The translations under genes and the position numbers were made by a program. Shown piece after piece: positions 48,216 to 61,200 of a stretch of 64,000 nucleotides of DNA (its first letter is position 1; each line of letters begins with the position of its first letter). The notes beneath the pieces were generated by a model, which was not told the origin of the DNA, ran no database searches, and was given only the letters and a program-made list of their open reading frames with translations. The stretch is from the human T2T-CHM13v2.0 reference genome, Homo sapiens, in NCBI RefSeq assembly GCF_009914755.1, contig NC_060926.1. The stretch is one strand, 5' to 3'.

Positions 48216-48363
48216 GTATTTATAGCAAAATTGTTATTCAAGGTCTTACTTTAAAAAAACTTAAACACCTCTCATAAAAAGGATATAATAGCATTTCAGT
48301 ACTATATATTATATCTTTAAACTTTTCTCTTTTTAAATATTATATTTATTTTCTCTCCACTAG

Positions 48364-48489
48364 AATATTGTCCTCTCTGGAGGTTCAACCATGTTCAGGG
48401 ACTTTGGACGTCGCTTGCAAAGAGATTTGAAAAGAACTGTAGATGCCCGGCTGAAATTAAGTGAGGAATTGAGTGGTGGTAGATTGAAG
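48364..48489 (+). CDS. ACTR3: ACTR3 exon 10 (126 nt): [42 protein letters not shown]
   Basis: ctccactag| ... aag|gttggt; adenosine motif VLSGGSTMF; preceded by a 148-nt intron. Confidence 0.97.
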
Positions 48490-49917
48490 GTTGGTTTTCC
48501 CAATTATTGGTGAGAAGGTTGAGGGTGCCTTCCTTGATTAGGATGAGAAATATTTGCCAGCATTCACTCTGATTTAGAAAAATAAGAGGAACCTGTCAGG
48601 TATTCTAATGGAAATGGTTAATGTTATAGATTTATGTCTGTGATATTCTGGATCATTTGATTCTTCTAGGATATTGTCTGTATTTCTGGAAAATAATTCT
48701 TAGTAATACCTGTGGAAAGACTTTTTTTTTAAATACCTCTCTCATAGATAATTAATATAGTAGATTTCTTTGCATACACCAACAATCAAATTAATTATGG
48801 ATCCACAAAATGTTTTATACTATAGAAGGACAGCAAAGCTGAGTTGAGATTGATGCCATTGTTGAGTAGTCAAGCCTGCTCTCAAAAACTGACTTTAGCT
48901 CCCACATAGCAACCTCAAAGTGTGCAGTCAAATCGGTGGTTTAATAAAGTAACCTTTGTATTACATGTCCTGGACCTTTAGGCTTGAGGTTAAAAAAAAT
49001 CAAAATTAATTTAAAATTCTTAGATGTCTACTTTCTATATTTAGAGATAGATTCTTCATTTTTTTCATCCTTGTTAAATATTGAAGCAGAACGTTGATTT
49101 AGAGGAATGATATGGCTTTTTTCAAAGCTGTTTGAAAAAAGGTATTTCATGTGAATAAAATACCTTCTGCTTGGAAGATTACCAAGAATGAGGACTTTAT
49201 CTGAGACTTCCATAATCATTCAGAATTACTTAAAAGTAAAGCACAGCACTCTAGGGTTTGCTGATTGTTGAGAAATTGCATGATGGCTGACTGTTGTCAG
49301 TGCCTATATTTTGATTATCTTGAGTAAACCTATCCCTAGGAATGCAGTAAAAAGTATATGTTTTGGGTGGAAGGCAAAATATTGAACTCTGTCCCTATAA
49401 TGTCATGACTTCACACTTCAGGAAGTCTACTCAATAGACTTTTAAAATGTTGTGTTTGCTTTTGCATCCCCTTCCCAACCAACCAAACCACCAGCCCACC
49501 CCCATTCATCCATTCATTTGCCCATCCGTCTACTCCCCTTACCCACATATCTATCTACCCTACCTCCTACCTAAAAAAGAAGTCATTGGGTTTTGCAAGT
49601 ATAAATTCTCTGTACTGAGAATCCTACTAACCACATTGATTATGTGAATGAACATAGTGCATGTTCTGGTTTTTTTGTTAGAATACTTAAAAGATTGAAG
49701 TTGATTGTCCTAATGGTATGGTTATGGATGTATTAAAGTAGCTGTTTAGTTTTTAATAACTCATTACAGATATATAAGTACAAAACAATGCTGTATGTTT
49801 CTGAGTATAGTATTTTAAAAAAGTGAGATTGTTTAACATTTTTAAGCTCTTTTTACACTTGTAAATAAGAAATAAATTTACCCAGTGATCAGTACCGTAT
49901 CGACATATTGAAAGAAA

Positions 49918-50135
49918 CAGATTGGGTGTCCCTTTTTTGAATTGCTTCATACCAGAAGTGTTGCAGGTTTTGAGTTTTTCTGGATTTTGGAGTATTTGCA
50001 TTATATACTGGTTCAACATCCTTAATCCAAAAATCTGAAATTCTGAGCATTTCCTTTGAACATCATGTTGGTGCTCAAAAAGTTTTTGGATCTTGGAGCA
50101 TTTTGGATTTTCAGACTTGGGATGCTCATCATGTA
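49918..50135. mobile_element. Tigger4/MER46-like MITE
   Basis: gagcatttcctttga.catcatgttggtgctcaaaaagttt and terminal inverted repeats. Confidence 0.75.
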
Positions 50136-50354
50136 TAGGAAAAACCTTGTGTTTTGGAGGACTCTGCCTTCTTCACCTTAGTTTTACTTGCTAGTAACTT
50201 TTATAGATCTTAATAGCATGCCTTTATCTATCTATCTCTGGCTTTATTTTCCTTCAGTCTGTAATTTTTAATGGCAACCAAACAGTTTTGAAAAAAGCCA
50301 TATCATTCTGTTTCTATAAATAGGTGTGTGTACACACACACACACACTAAATTG

Positions 50355-51830
50355 TAGATATGATGGTTCATTATCCCCAAACATTTTAGTATATTTCTAA
50401 AATCAAGAACATATTACAATTATCAAAATCATGAAATTAACCTTGATCCAGTGTTATCTAGTTATAGAACTGATTCTAATTTTACCGGTTGTTTCACTAA
50501 TGTCCCTTATAACAAAAGGAAAACAAAATACCTTCTTCCCCCTTATCCAGGATCCAATCAAGGATTGCATGTTTCATTTACTTATTGTGTTGCTTCAGTC
50601 TGTTACATACTCAATGTTTTTTGTCTTTCATGAATGAATGTGACATTTTTGAAGAGTACAGCCATTTATTTTGTAGCATATCCTTCAGCTTGGGTTTGTT
50701 TAATATTTCTGCTTGAGTAGGTTCAGATTATGTACTTTTGGCAGTGATGCCACAGAATTGATATTGTATCATTTTTAGTGCATTGTATCAGTAGACACAT
50801 GATAGAATTTGTCCTGTGTGTGAATTTTGAGCTTTTGGTTGAAGTTGTGTCTGCCAGGTTTTTTCACTATAAAGTTATTATGTTTTCCTTTATATTTAAT
50901 AAGAATCTAATGAGGAGACACTTTCAGACTATCCTGTTTCTCTTTTAAGTTTCAGTCACTAGTTTTTAGCATCCATTGTGATTCTTCCCTAAAACAGTTA
51001 TTACTGTGGTAGTTGCTAAATGGAGTTTTGCAATTTCTGTCATTCCTTCTATGTTTTTAAGTCTTGTTTTACTATAAGCAAGAGTTTTCCCTTCTCCCAC
51101 ATTCATTTATTCTTTTAGTAATATCTATATGAACTCCTGATTTCTCATTTTGTGGTCTATATCTTTAATATCACTGTAATATCATAATATCAGTAATACC
51201 ACTCATCATTAATTTTAATCCCACATTTTTTTTTTTTTCAGATTTGACCAGTGGGAGTTATTCAAATGGCTCTTAGGTTTTTTTTTTTGATGCAGCCACA
51301 TCTTTTTTTTTGCCTACTTCTGTACTTCCCGGCACAGCAAGGTGTTTCAGGCTGATCTTGTACTTTCTCTTTTCTGGCCCTGGAATCAGCCCTTTTTTTC
51401 TCCTTTTCTTTCTTCAAGACACCCTTGTCTTATTCCTGTTAGTGGAGAACGTTACTAAGAAACCAAGCTTTGTGCTCATTGCTGTTGGGGTATCACTGAG
51501 TCTAGGCCTTCTCAGTGATTAGAGCTAGGGGTGTGTGTGTGTTTATACATCTATATCTAATTCTCTACATAAATTAAAACCATGAATTTTTACAGACGTC
51601 TCCAGTTATAGAAGGTTCACTCTAGTTTTCTGCCCTTCCATATTGTAATGCCCTTCTCTGACAGTGAGAAACCTGGCTCCTATTATCTATAATATGTTTA
51701 TGTTTTTGCTTAATCCTGGAATATGTATATGATAGTTTCAGAATTGTTAATCCACACCACTGTGAAAAATAGACCCAAAACTAGAATTCAATATTTGCTT
51801 ATATTTTATCTTCAGCCTGAAGGCTTATAA
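50355..51830 (-). mobile_element. Old L1 (L1MC/MD-type) 3' region
   Basis: tccaggatccaatcaagg, ctctgacagtgagaaacctggctcc motifs. Confidence 0.65.
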
Positions 51831-52266
51831 GATTCAAAATACTATGCTCACAAGTTGCTTGTGTTAGTCCCTTTCCTCACCTTAGTGTGCTTATGTTTGA
51901 AAAAAGTACAATTAGTTTAATTTGTTTTTGTTGTACTTTGTTTTGCCCCAACCTCCCCTTCTTTTAAGGTGTTATTTTTTAGTATGTAAAACACTAACAT
52001 TTAGATTCTTAAAGTCAGAACTGTATAAAACATGTGCTCATTGCTATTTCCCTTCCATTTATTCTGCTCTGTTCCCTCCCTGTCTCTTCCACAGTGTTCC
52101 CAACCCCTTTCCTCTGAGACAGCCAATCTCAATTGTTTCTGGTTTGTAAGATACCACCTGAATTTAGTACAGATATTATTTTTGTATATGTACATTTAAG
52201 GTTAAATGACACAGAAGTTGTTATTTGAATTTACTATGAAGATGATCATACTATGTCTTTCTTTAG

Positions 52267-52350
52267 CCAAAACCTATTGATGTACAAGTCATTACACACC
52301 ACATGCAGCGATATGCAGTTTGGTTTGGAGGATCAATGCTGGCTTCCACG
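52267..52350 (+). CDS. ACTR3: ACTR3 exon 11 (84 nt): [28 protein letters not shown]
   Basis: ctttag| ... acg|gtgagt; actin motif YAVWFGGS. Confidence 0.97.
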
Positions 52351-52369
52351 GTGAGTGTGATGAAGCTTA

Positions 52370-52836
52370 CTTTTATTTTATTTTATCATTATTATTTTAT
52401 TTATTTTTGAGGTGGACTTTCGCTCTTGTCACCCAGGCTGGAGTGCAATGGCATGATCTTGGCTCACTGCAACCTCCACCTCCTGGGTTAAAGTGATTCT
52501 CCTGCCTCAGCCTCCCAAGTAGCTGGGACTACAGGCATGCGTCACCACACCTGGCTAATTTTGCATTTTTAGCAGAGACTGGGTTTCATCATGTTGGCTA
52601 GGTTACTCTTGAACTCCTGACCTTGGGATCTGCCCACCTTGGCCTCCCAAAGCAAAGTGTTGGGTTTACAGGTGTGAGCCACTGCTCCTGGCCTTTATTA
52701 TTATTATTATTTTTTATTGAGATGAGGTCTTACTATGTTGGGCCAGGCTGGTCTCAAACTCTTGGGCTCAAGTGATCCTTCCACCTCAGCCTCCCAAAGA
52801 GCGCTGAGTTTACAGGTGTGAGCTGCTGCGCCTGGC
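52370..52836 (-). mobile_element. AluS (52370-52693) plus left-monomer/FLAM (52694-52836)
   Basis: Whole unit bracketed by TSD tgaagctta at 52361 and 52837. Confidence 0.88.
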
Positions 52837-52977
52837 TGAAGCTTATGTTTAAATTTATATATATATATTTAAGATAGAAGAGTCCATCAATACTTGGAGA
52901 AGAACAAAGCAAATTCCTTTAAATTGTATCTCAAAATAATAGGAAACTTTGTATATATGTGTTTGTAGTATTTTAAA

Positions 52978-53019
52978 AATTGGAAGTAATTTAAATTTAA
53001 TTGGAAGTCATTTGAATTT
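52978..53019. repeat. 21-nt tandem duplication
   Basis: aattggaagtaatttaaattt / aattggaagtcatttgaattt. Confidence 0.8.
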
Positions 53020-54003
53020 AATTTTTTTTTTTTTTTTAGCTTGCTAGACATTATTTTAGAGTGACCATTTTATACTATGTTTTAAAGTTTATCTGTAGGG
53101 AAAGTTCTGTTAAAACTGGTAATTTAGTCATCAGAAGGTCCTTGTTTGTTCTGTTTAAGTATTTAAAAACATTAAGGTAAAAGTTAAGCTTCATTGCATA
53201 GAAAGTATGATGTTTTACACTGAATAAAGGGAATTATTCTAAGAATCCTGTCCCCAAATTAAAATGTCTTTAAAGCCCCCTAAAAAGGTGTTCTAGTGTT
53301 CTAATACCATTAACCTAGGAAGTATTGGTGCTTTGTTCTGGTAGTGCATGCAATATTAAAATGAAGGAGCTTTTATCTGAATTATTGAATAACTGTACAA
53401 CTTTGGATTTAAAACCATTTCCAACATAAGAGGTGAAAGTTATTTTTTTCCTCAATTTTAGTCTTCTTCAATTGGGCCATATAACCTAGTTGAGTTTGTG
53501 ACTTTGCCTTGAGAAATGAGGTAACACAGCATGGAACAGTCTATCTTTTCCAGACCTTGAATGAGGAAGGCAAATGATCTAGACATTTCTTAGAACTAGA
53601 CGAAAAATAGTCATAGCATGACTAGGAGTAGTTTTATCTGTAGTTAGGCGAATGCCGCTTCTTTACATTATTGGTGCAATGAAAGTATGGGAAAGTCTCA
53701 ACAGAACAGACTGGACATTTGAGAACCTTCCATTTTTCAAAATTTCAGAATCCTCGCAGCAGGTGTGTGAGACAAGGATTGGGGACAGGAGTTAATTGCT
53801 CTTTTGGAGTTCCGATAAAGATTTATAGCTGATTTTAAGTCATGGCTGCTAGAATTTCTAAGCTTTCATGCCATGAATGGACTAATAATAAACATTTTAG
53901 ACTTAACATCTATTTTAAAGCATCACTCTTAAAGTTTATTTCAATATACCTTCAAGATGGTAGATTTTTGACCCTTATAAAAATACATATTTTTTGTTTT
54001 CAG

Positions 54004-54099
54004 CCTGAGTTCTACCAAGTATGCCACACCAAAAAGGATTATGAAGAAATTGGACCTAGCATTTGTCGTCACAATCCAGTGTTTGGAGTCATGTCGTAA
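54004..54099 (+). CDS. ACTR3: ACTR3 exon 12 coding part: [31 protein letters not shown]
   Basis: tgttttcag| acceptor; TAA at 54097-54099; exons 2-12 sum to 1213 nt, which with a 44-nt coding exon 1 (outside the window) gives 418 aa + stop. Confidence 0.97.
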
Positions 54100-54876
54100 A
54101 ATTGGCTTCATAGTTATTGGGGTTAGGGAGGTGGGGAAGAGATAATCTTTCTGATTACCTGTTTTGTCTGGATGGCTGGTTTTGAGGTTTTAAACCTGAC
54201 TTGAAATAGTAACACCAAACATGATTATACAGGAATATTTTAATAAGTGTATCACCATGCAGATGTAGAAGAGAGCGAAAGTGATTGTGTTTTTCTTTAG
54301 ATTGAATATTTGAATCTTATGTGTAACAAAAAGAAGTGGGTTTTAGTTCTTTCTGTGCCCTGATATTTTGTATATTAATGAATTATCCAAGATTCGATGG
54401 GATTTATCAGTGTGTAGATAGCTCTATAATGCTTGAATTGTACACTTCTAAGTGTGCAGTGCAAGAGCTTGTTTATATTTCATACTTTTTATACTTTGAG
54501 GAAAAAAAGTCAAAGAAAAATTGTATTTGAGGGAAAAAACCATGACCAAGTAAAGGATAAATTCAAAAAATAGCCTCATGAGACTTGGCATACACACTCA
54601 TGGGATTCCAGTTATTATGGAGTGCTTCCATCCCTCTCCACCCCTTCCCCCCAAAAGGTTTTCTTTGCAAGTGCTTTTGGAACTAAGAGCTAGTATCTTG
54701 GATTAACTGATGCCTGCTAGTGCTTTCTGATTACTCGCATTCTGTTTCTTGCTTTAAAAGAAGAGTAAAGACAAGAGTGTTGGACCAGTATTGCAGTTCT
54801 GTAGTGTCATTTCTTATAAAAAACAAAACAACAACAATAATTTATCAAAATTGGCATATTTAAAGCCTAACATTCT

Positions 54877-54946
54877 AATAAAGGCACAAATTTCTTTTTA
54901 ATACTTGTTTCAGCCTCTTTAATCTCTTTATAAGTTAACTAATAAA
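54877..54946 (+). terminator. Proximal poly(A) signals AATAAA (54877-54882 and 54941-54946)
   Basis: Hexamers followed by U-rich sequence. Confidence 0.55.
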
Positions 54947-55213
54947 TCTATTTTCTTCAGACTTCTGCAATAGTTCTTTAAAATCACAACAGTTAGCAAG
55001 CTGACTTTTGTAATGTGCTCAATACAAATACTTGTGAACTTTTAATATGTTGAGTGCTTTCATTTTGATAACTGGATCTCCATTTGATATTTTCATTTGT
55101 ATAACTCATTTGCAGTCTGAAAATTTTTTTTAGTGCCAGTCCCTGAACATATCATTGAAAGTTAATTTTCTTTGCATTTTAAAATATCTGGATTATGAAG
55201 AAAAAGTGATGAA

Positions 55214-55224
55214 AATAAATTAAA
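55214..55224 (+). terminator. Overlapping AATAAA/ATTAAA poly(A) signal, probable major site
   Basis: gaaAATAAATTAAAactg followed by T-run and GU-rich downstream element (tgtatgtgtg). Confidence 0.7.
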
Positions 55225-58191
55225 ACTGAATTACCTTTTCTAATGTTTTTTTTTTTTAAGTAATGTAATTCTATTTTGTTTTTATGTATGTGATATCTGT
55301 TTCTGTTGAGATTTGGGAGTTATTGAAATCTCTGTAATGTGTATGGTAGAAAATTTCTTGTGACCTTAAAATTTTACCAGTTATTTATAGAAAGAGAAAA
55401 TGGGAAATGTTTTATAGGCTTTTTACTAGCAGTATCAGTGAACACTTGAACTCCATTATTCATGAAAATAACACGTTAGGATTGGAATACGTCTATTCAA
55501 AAGTGAAAGAATATAAAGTGTTTAGTTTTTTGTTTTTACTCTAAAGATAGAATTGGGGAGTAAACTTCAGTTTTTGTTTAGAGTGGATCTGAATATTTAA
55601 AATCCTATAATAATTTTTGTGAATCTTCATTCTTTGAGTATGGGATTGTAAAAGACAAACTATATCCTACAGTAGTATCATCATCAGTATCAAAGGTCTC
55701 CTTTTTTTACTTGGAAAAGTAATTCACAAACATTATAAAAATACTATTCAAACAGTACCAAAGAGTAGATTAGCAAAAGTAAGTTTTTTTCCCTAGCCTG
55801 TCTCATTTTTCCATCATTACACAGACTACTTGGAATGTCTTAGATGTCCTTGTATTGTAATTTTCTGTGTAGGTAGAAATAAATGTAGCTTTCTTATTTT
55901 ACACAAATAGGAACTTACTGTATATACTGTTCTGCACTTTGCTTTTATTAAAGATCTTTTGATAAAGAACTATATTGATAAGCAGTAAAGATGTCATGCT
56001 CCTGGCCCAATAAAATATTGTTAGCATTGTCATAAATATGTCTTTTCCACCGGCGATGGTTGGGTAGTTAAGTGAATAAGCTAGAAAGACATGTTTATAA
56101 AGCTATTTGATGACAATCTCAGGCATATTTATACAGAGATGTTCTTAACTGTTTGCTACAAAAACATGAAGATCAAAAACTTTCTTGAAGCTTACGCTTA
56201 ACTTATTTGGGGAAACAAAACTCCAGCCCTTCTTGTGTATGTTCTGATATCCCTTTGCTCTACTTTTAGAGGAGTGAACCCTAATAGGATGGTAGCAGCA
56301 TTCTTGTTTCTTTATATCTCTCCTCTGTGATTGTATACCGTTTTTTCAACTTAAAGCAACTTCAGCTGGAAATATGTAGAGGTTGGCCAAGGTGAACTAA
56401 ATAGTCTGTAACATTGATTAGATATCAAGCAACGTGAGCATGGTAGCAAAAGCACTAACTGAAGCCAGTGATTTAATTTTTAATTCTGATTCTGATAATT
56501 GATGATATAGCTCCTCGAACTTTGTTTTTTGTTAAAACTTGGAAAATATATTTGTATTATTTTGGACAAATTATTTGAACTCTCTGGACCTTGATTCAAT
56601 TTATATATAAGGTAAAGGCATTATACTGGATTATCCTGCAATTTCTTTGAGTTGTTAGAATATAATGTAGCTTATTAATAGCAATATTAGCAGTGTAGTA
56701 GATTCTGACTGCAAAACCTAGCCTTTTCTATTGATTCATTAGTGGTAGTAAAGGTATTATCTGATTTATCCTTTTTAATAGGCAGTGCTTTGATCAAGTG
56801 GGAAATAGTAATGGACAAATAAAATCAATGATCATTATCTAACTTGATGCCTGCTTTTCAAAAAGTGAGCAAATTTCACATCTTCACCCTTAGACATTAA
56901 TTCATGGCACCTACTATAAGTACTCATCCTCTTCTTACCTATCTTCTTTTCTATAGGAGATAAAGTGGTTATTCAGACCCCCCAATACAATTTTTTGGTT
57001 TGTTTTCACAGCTACTTAAAAGATTAAAATAACTATTCTTGCAGATATTTCTAGGAATATTTTTAGAAATAATATGAAATACAGGGATAATAGGCCAATT
57101 ATGATCTTTATTTTTAATTTCTACAGAAAAGTACTAGAGAATATATCTATAGAAACTTCTTTCAGATAACCCTAAAGATGATACTAGAATGTTTATAAAA
57201 TTATTGAGAAGATTATTTGTGTTATAAAGCTTATTTGTACCATAGTAAAGGATGTTTTTGTTCCTCTTCATTCTGGGCTAATCTGTCAATACTGAAGTCC
57301 AGTCTTTTCCCCCTTTTCTTACCAGCTCAACCTTGATTCCTGTGACCCATTCTTTCTGATCTTTCGTAGTTCATAGTCACCAGGCATGAGTACCTTGGAT
57401 AGCCCTCTGAAGTCTGTTACCACCCAGATTTCCAACTCGGGTTAATTGGTACTAATTCTATTAGCTGGTATAAATAATCCAAAATCTGTGCAGACTCTGG
57501 GAGCAAAATGTTCTACTCAGTTTGGAATACTGTGCCTTAAAATATATTTCATTGTAACAGCACCTTGTATATATAGTTGGCCAAGGACAGAGTTGTTACA
57601 AGTTACGTGGAACTTTCATAGCAAATCTTGACAGTAAATACCTTGTTCTTGTATTAGGTCTATATCCTGAATTGACCTTTAGCAAGAATCTTTAGATCTG
57701 CTGGAGGGCTGGGATGGCTTTTGGACTTCAGTGAAAAAGAATTTCTGCTACTCATTGTTGATAACGCTTCAGTACTGTATAAATGTTTATCCTTTTCCAC
57801 GTAATTTGTTTTCTATGATATGAGAACTTTTATTATAATTTGCCTCAGTCTTGATAGAATCTTAACAAAAATAAAATCTGTGGTCGTCTGAGGTATTCTC
57901 CATGCTATAACCCAGTTTAGCTGATGCATTTGGAGCTTGGGTGCTGAAATTAAATATAACCTATTTGAGTTAAGGATTTATTACTAGTGCTCCAGTGGTC
58001 ACAGGAACAATAAAAAAGGAACAACGATAGAAATACGTGATCTAGGAAAGAAGGCAACTGAAAAACCTGAAAGAAAAAAAATGAAAGATTAAAAGTATAC
58101 GATATTCTATTTTGATTTAGCAATTACTTGTTTTCTAGTGTTCTGTCAATTTTTGGTGACTTTTATAATTACATTAAAACTAAGATGCTGA

Positions 58192-58202
58192 ATTAAAATA
58201 AA
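58192..58202 (+). terminator. Distal overlapping ATTAAA/AATAAA poly(A) signal
   Basis: aATTAAAATAAAgtttctctttt. Confidence 0.5.
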
Positions 58203-61200
58203 GTTTCTCTTTTATTCAAGCACCAACATTCACTTATATTACCTATATATTGCATCAAGTTTTGAGCCTTCAATCCCAGAAGCATTGATTGACTGTCTAC
58301 TGTGGTTCAAGTACTGTGCATAAAGATGAATAAATATTCTGTCCTTGGCTTAGTCTAATAGTAAAGGCACTCTTAGAGGAGGGACAAATATTTTGCCTAG
58401 ATAAGATTTGAGAGATAGTAAGTGCGGAATTTCTCTTCATAAAAATGGTAGTGTTAGTTGTTTAGAGGGAGAAGTCCAGCTATGTAAGGTGAAAGTGGGG
58501 CTTATAAAAGTGGATCTGTTGTTTAAAAATTAGTACTTTGCTCCTAAAATTTTTACCTAAGTGTTACATCCAACAACAGATGAAAGTAATTCGACAGTAG
58601 CATCTGCTTTATTCATTTCATATTTCCAGTGCCTGACATATTGCTTGGCATATAGTAGTTTAGTGGATGTGTTTGATGAATGAATGAGTAAAAATTATTT
58701 TTCATGTTAAAATAAAACTTTGAATTACATGAGTATACAACTTTTGTTCCTTCAAAATACCCATATTTGTCAAATATGACCGAATTACGACTTTTTTTCT
58801 GTTCCACTAGTTTCTACCTTAGAAGTGACATTCTGCGTAAGGTAGTGGGGGATTACTAAGTGATCATGACTTTTCTGAAGCAGGTCTTAAATAATTATCT
58901 AAGCCTTCAGTCATTTCAAAATCTCTGTAGTGTAAATGATCACAGGCTCTAAATCAGATTGTTGTACAAGGTAATTGACATGTCCTGAAATGTAACATTC
59001 AACATTAACAGTAGAAACAGGCCTCATTTCTCCCTCTGGCTTTTATTGATCAATTTTGATATTGTCCAGATCCCATGTTAAACCACTTGATTTAGAGATG
59101 ACTTAATTCTAAACTTCCTCCATTTTTAATTAATAAGATTCAAGGTTGCAGTAAATTGTTAATCTTATTTGGAATTATATTAGAAAGTCGATATCGGAAT
59201 TGGAACCACACATCTTTTTCTTATTGTGGGTACATGGGATCTTTCCCAAATAAATTCCTGAGCAACAAGAAAATCTGAGACTTGTTTTAAATGCTAAAAT
59301 GATTAGTTGGAATAATGTATACATTCATGAGATGACTAAAGCACTAGTGGGGTAGTTTCTACTGCAGTAGACTGATTTTTCTTAGCCCAAACCTTGAAAG
59401 ATGAATGTTTTAGTAGATGGAGAGTAGGTGGGGATGATATTTTAGATATGGCAGAAGCAACTTGAGTTACAGCAATTGGGGAGGGGATTAGAATATTGTG
59501 ATTAGGAGAAGTGAGGAGAAGAGTGGGAGAGAAGACTGAAGGATATCTGACACCTTCAAACACACCCTCAAACACAAACATTGGCTAAAAAAGTTGATGC
59601 AGTTCAGGGTGAAATCACACACATGATTGACATAAATAACATTGTGGAAAAGTGACTTTGCAAAGACCACACAGGTAGTTGCAGAATAGAACTTACTGGT
59701 TATAATTTTTTTGATATTTTACTGAATAGCATATGGTTTATTAAATTTTTTTCAAAATTAATTTGGCAACATTTCTTAGCTTCTCTGACTCATTCTATTG
59801 GGAAAGCTGATAGCAAGATTCCTGTGCTAGACTACTAGAGGGAGGTATCAGATGACCAAGTCATGTCTGATACTATAGTTACCAGATAGTTACCAGGCTA
59901 ATGTGCTGAACTAAGGAAGGAGCCTAAAACTCAGCAGTCTTTTTGAGATTGGATTGGACTTTATGAATAGGCAATGAGCTCTTAAAAACGACATTCCATA
60001 TACAGAAAAACTATGGGGATTTCAGACTGCCTAATTTAGCTTCTCCACGGGGCATACTTGAGGTCGTTCACATTTTGGCTATGTATCTCCACATTGGTGC
60101 TAAGTTTGTGTACCTCGTTTCTGATTTCACTAATGCTGAAAGTTCAACTTGCCAGTGACCTAAGTGGATCTTTTATGAATTAGAAAGTACCTCACTTGGC
60201 TTTTGAAGACTGGTAAAACATTTTTAGGCTACAAATAAAAGGGAAGTTTGTAATGATGTTATAAAATACAATGCTTGGCATGTGGCAGATGCTTAAACAT
60301 TTGTTGAATAAAGTTATCTTCCTTTTAAGATGGTCCATTGAAAAAATGGAGCAGCCGTTATATGTCTATATATGTTTTAATGACCTCAAGCTCAGAGATC
60401 TGCTAGTGATCTCACCTTTAGATAACATCTGAGTTGAATGTCTGTGGAGTCCCCTGCCACTGGTATATCTCAAAAGAAATAGCATTATTTGGTCTGGGCA
60501 GTACTGTCTTTGTCTATTTATCTATCTTCACCTCTATAAAGTGGGAGGTTGCAACTCTGTGGGCAGTATTCCTCAGGGCACTAGAACAATGAATGAAATG
60601 GTGTTACGTATTTTCCCCTCAAGGAGAAATGACTTCTTAAACCCCAAGTGGAAGATTTTTCATTCCGTCATTAGTATTCTAGTATTCTTTTTGAAATTGA
60701 AGTAGCAACATGCCTTTGACCTGTTTCACAAAGTTGACAAACGACTTTTTGAGACATTTAGCCAAGAGATGGAAGGAGTGGCAGATGTGGCTTCTGAGCT
60801 TACTCCTTCCGTCCACCCACTAGATGTCTCTCTTTTCTGCCCTTATCTGTAAGTGAATATATTTAAATAAGGCTTGCTATTAAAATCAAATTGAATCTGG
60901 ACTATGGAAATAATGCATTTCATTTTCTTATTTAAAGCATGCCATTTTCAGTAATATACCCATGACTTGAGTAAAACCAAAGATGTTCTTTAGGGTATGA
61001 CAGTAATTTGCAGTGGGATTTATTTATCAGCAGTATTGATTTGGAACATTCTATATGCTAAGCACTCTTCAAGATGCTGGGGGTAGTGGTGAATGAAATA
61101 CGTGATTTTTGCATTCTGGAACTTTAAAAGTATATTCAAGCTACAGCAAAGTAACGTTAAAATTTCAAAATCAGAAATAAGATTGTTTACATTCTTGCAT

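Larger units (their letters stand above)
54100..59270 (+). other. ACTR3: ACTR3 3'UTR (short isoforms end near 54900-55240; long isoform end uncertain, about 58220 or 59270)
   Basis: AU-rich, Alu-free sequence after the stop with several AATAAA; distal end inferred only from hexamers. Confidence 0.6.

Noticed and set aside
54575-54604. 8-bp 3'UTR stem CTCATGAG/CTCATGGG
   Set aside because: Marginal stability and no recognisable IRE, SECIS or zipcode consensus.
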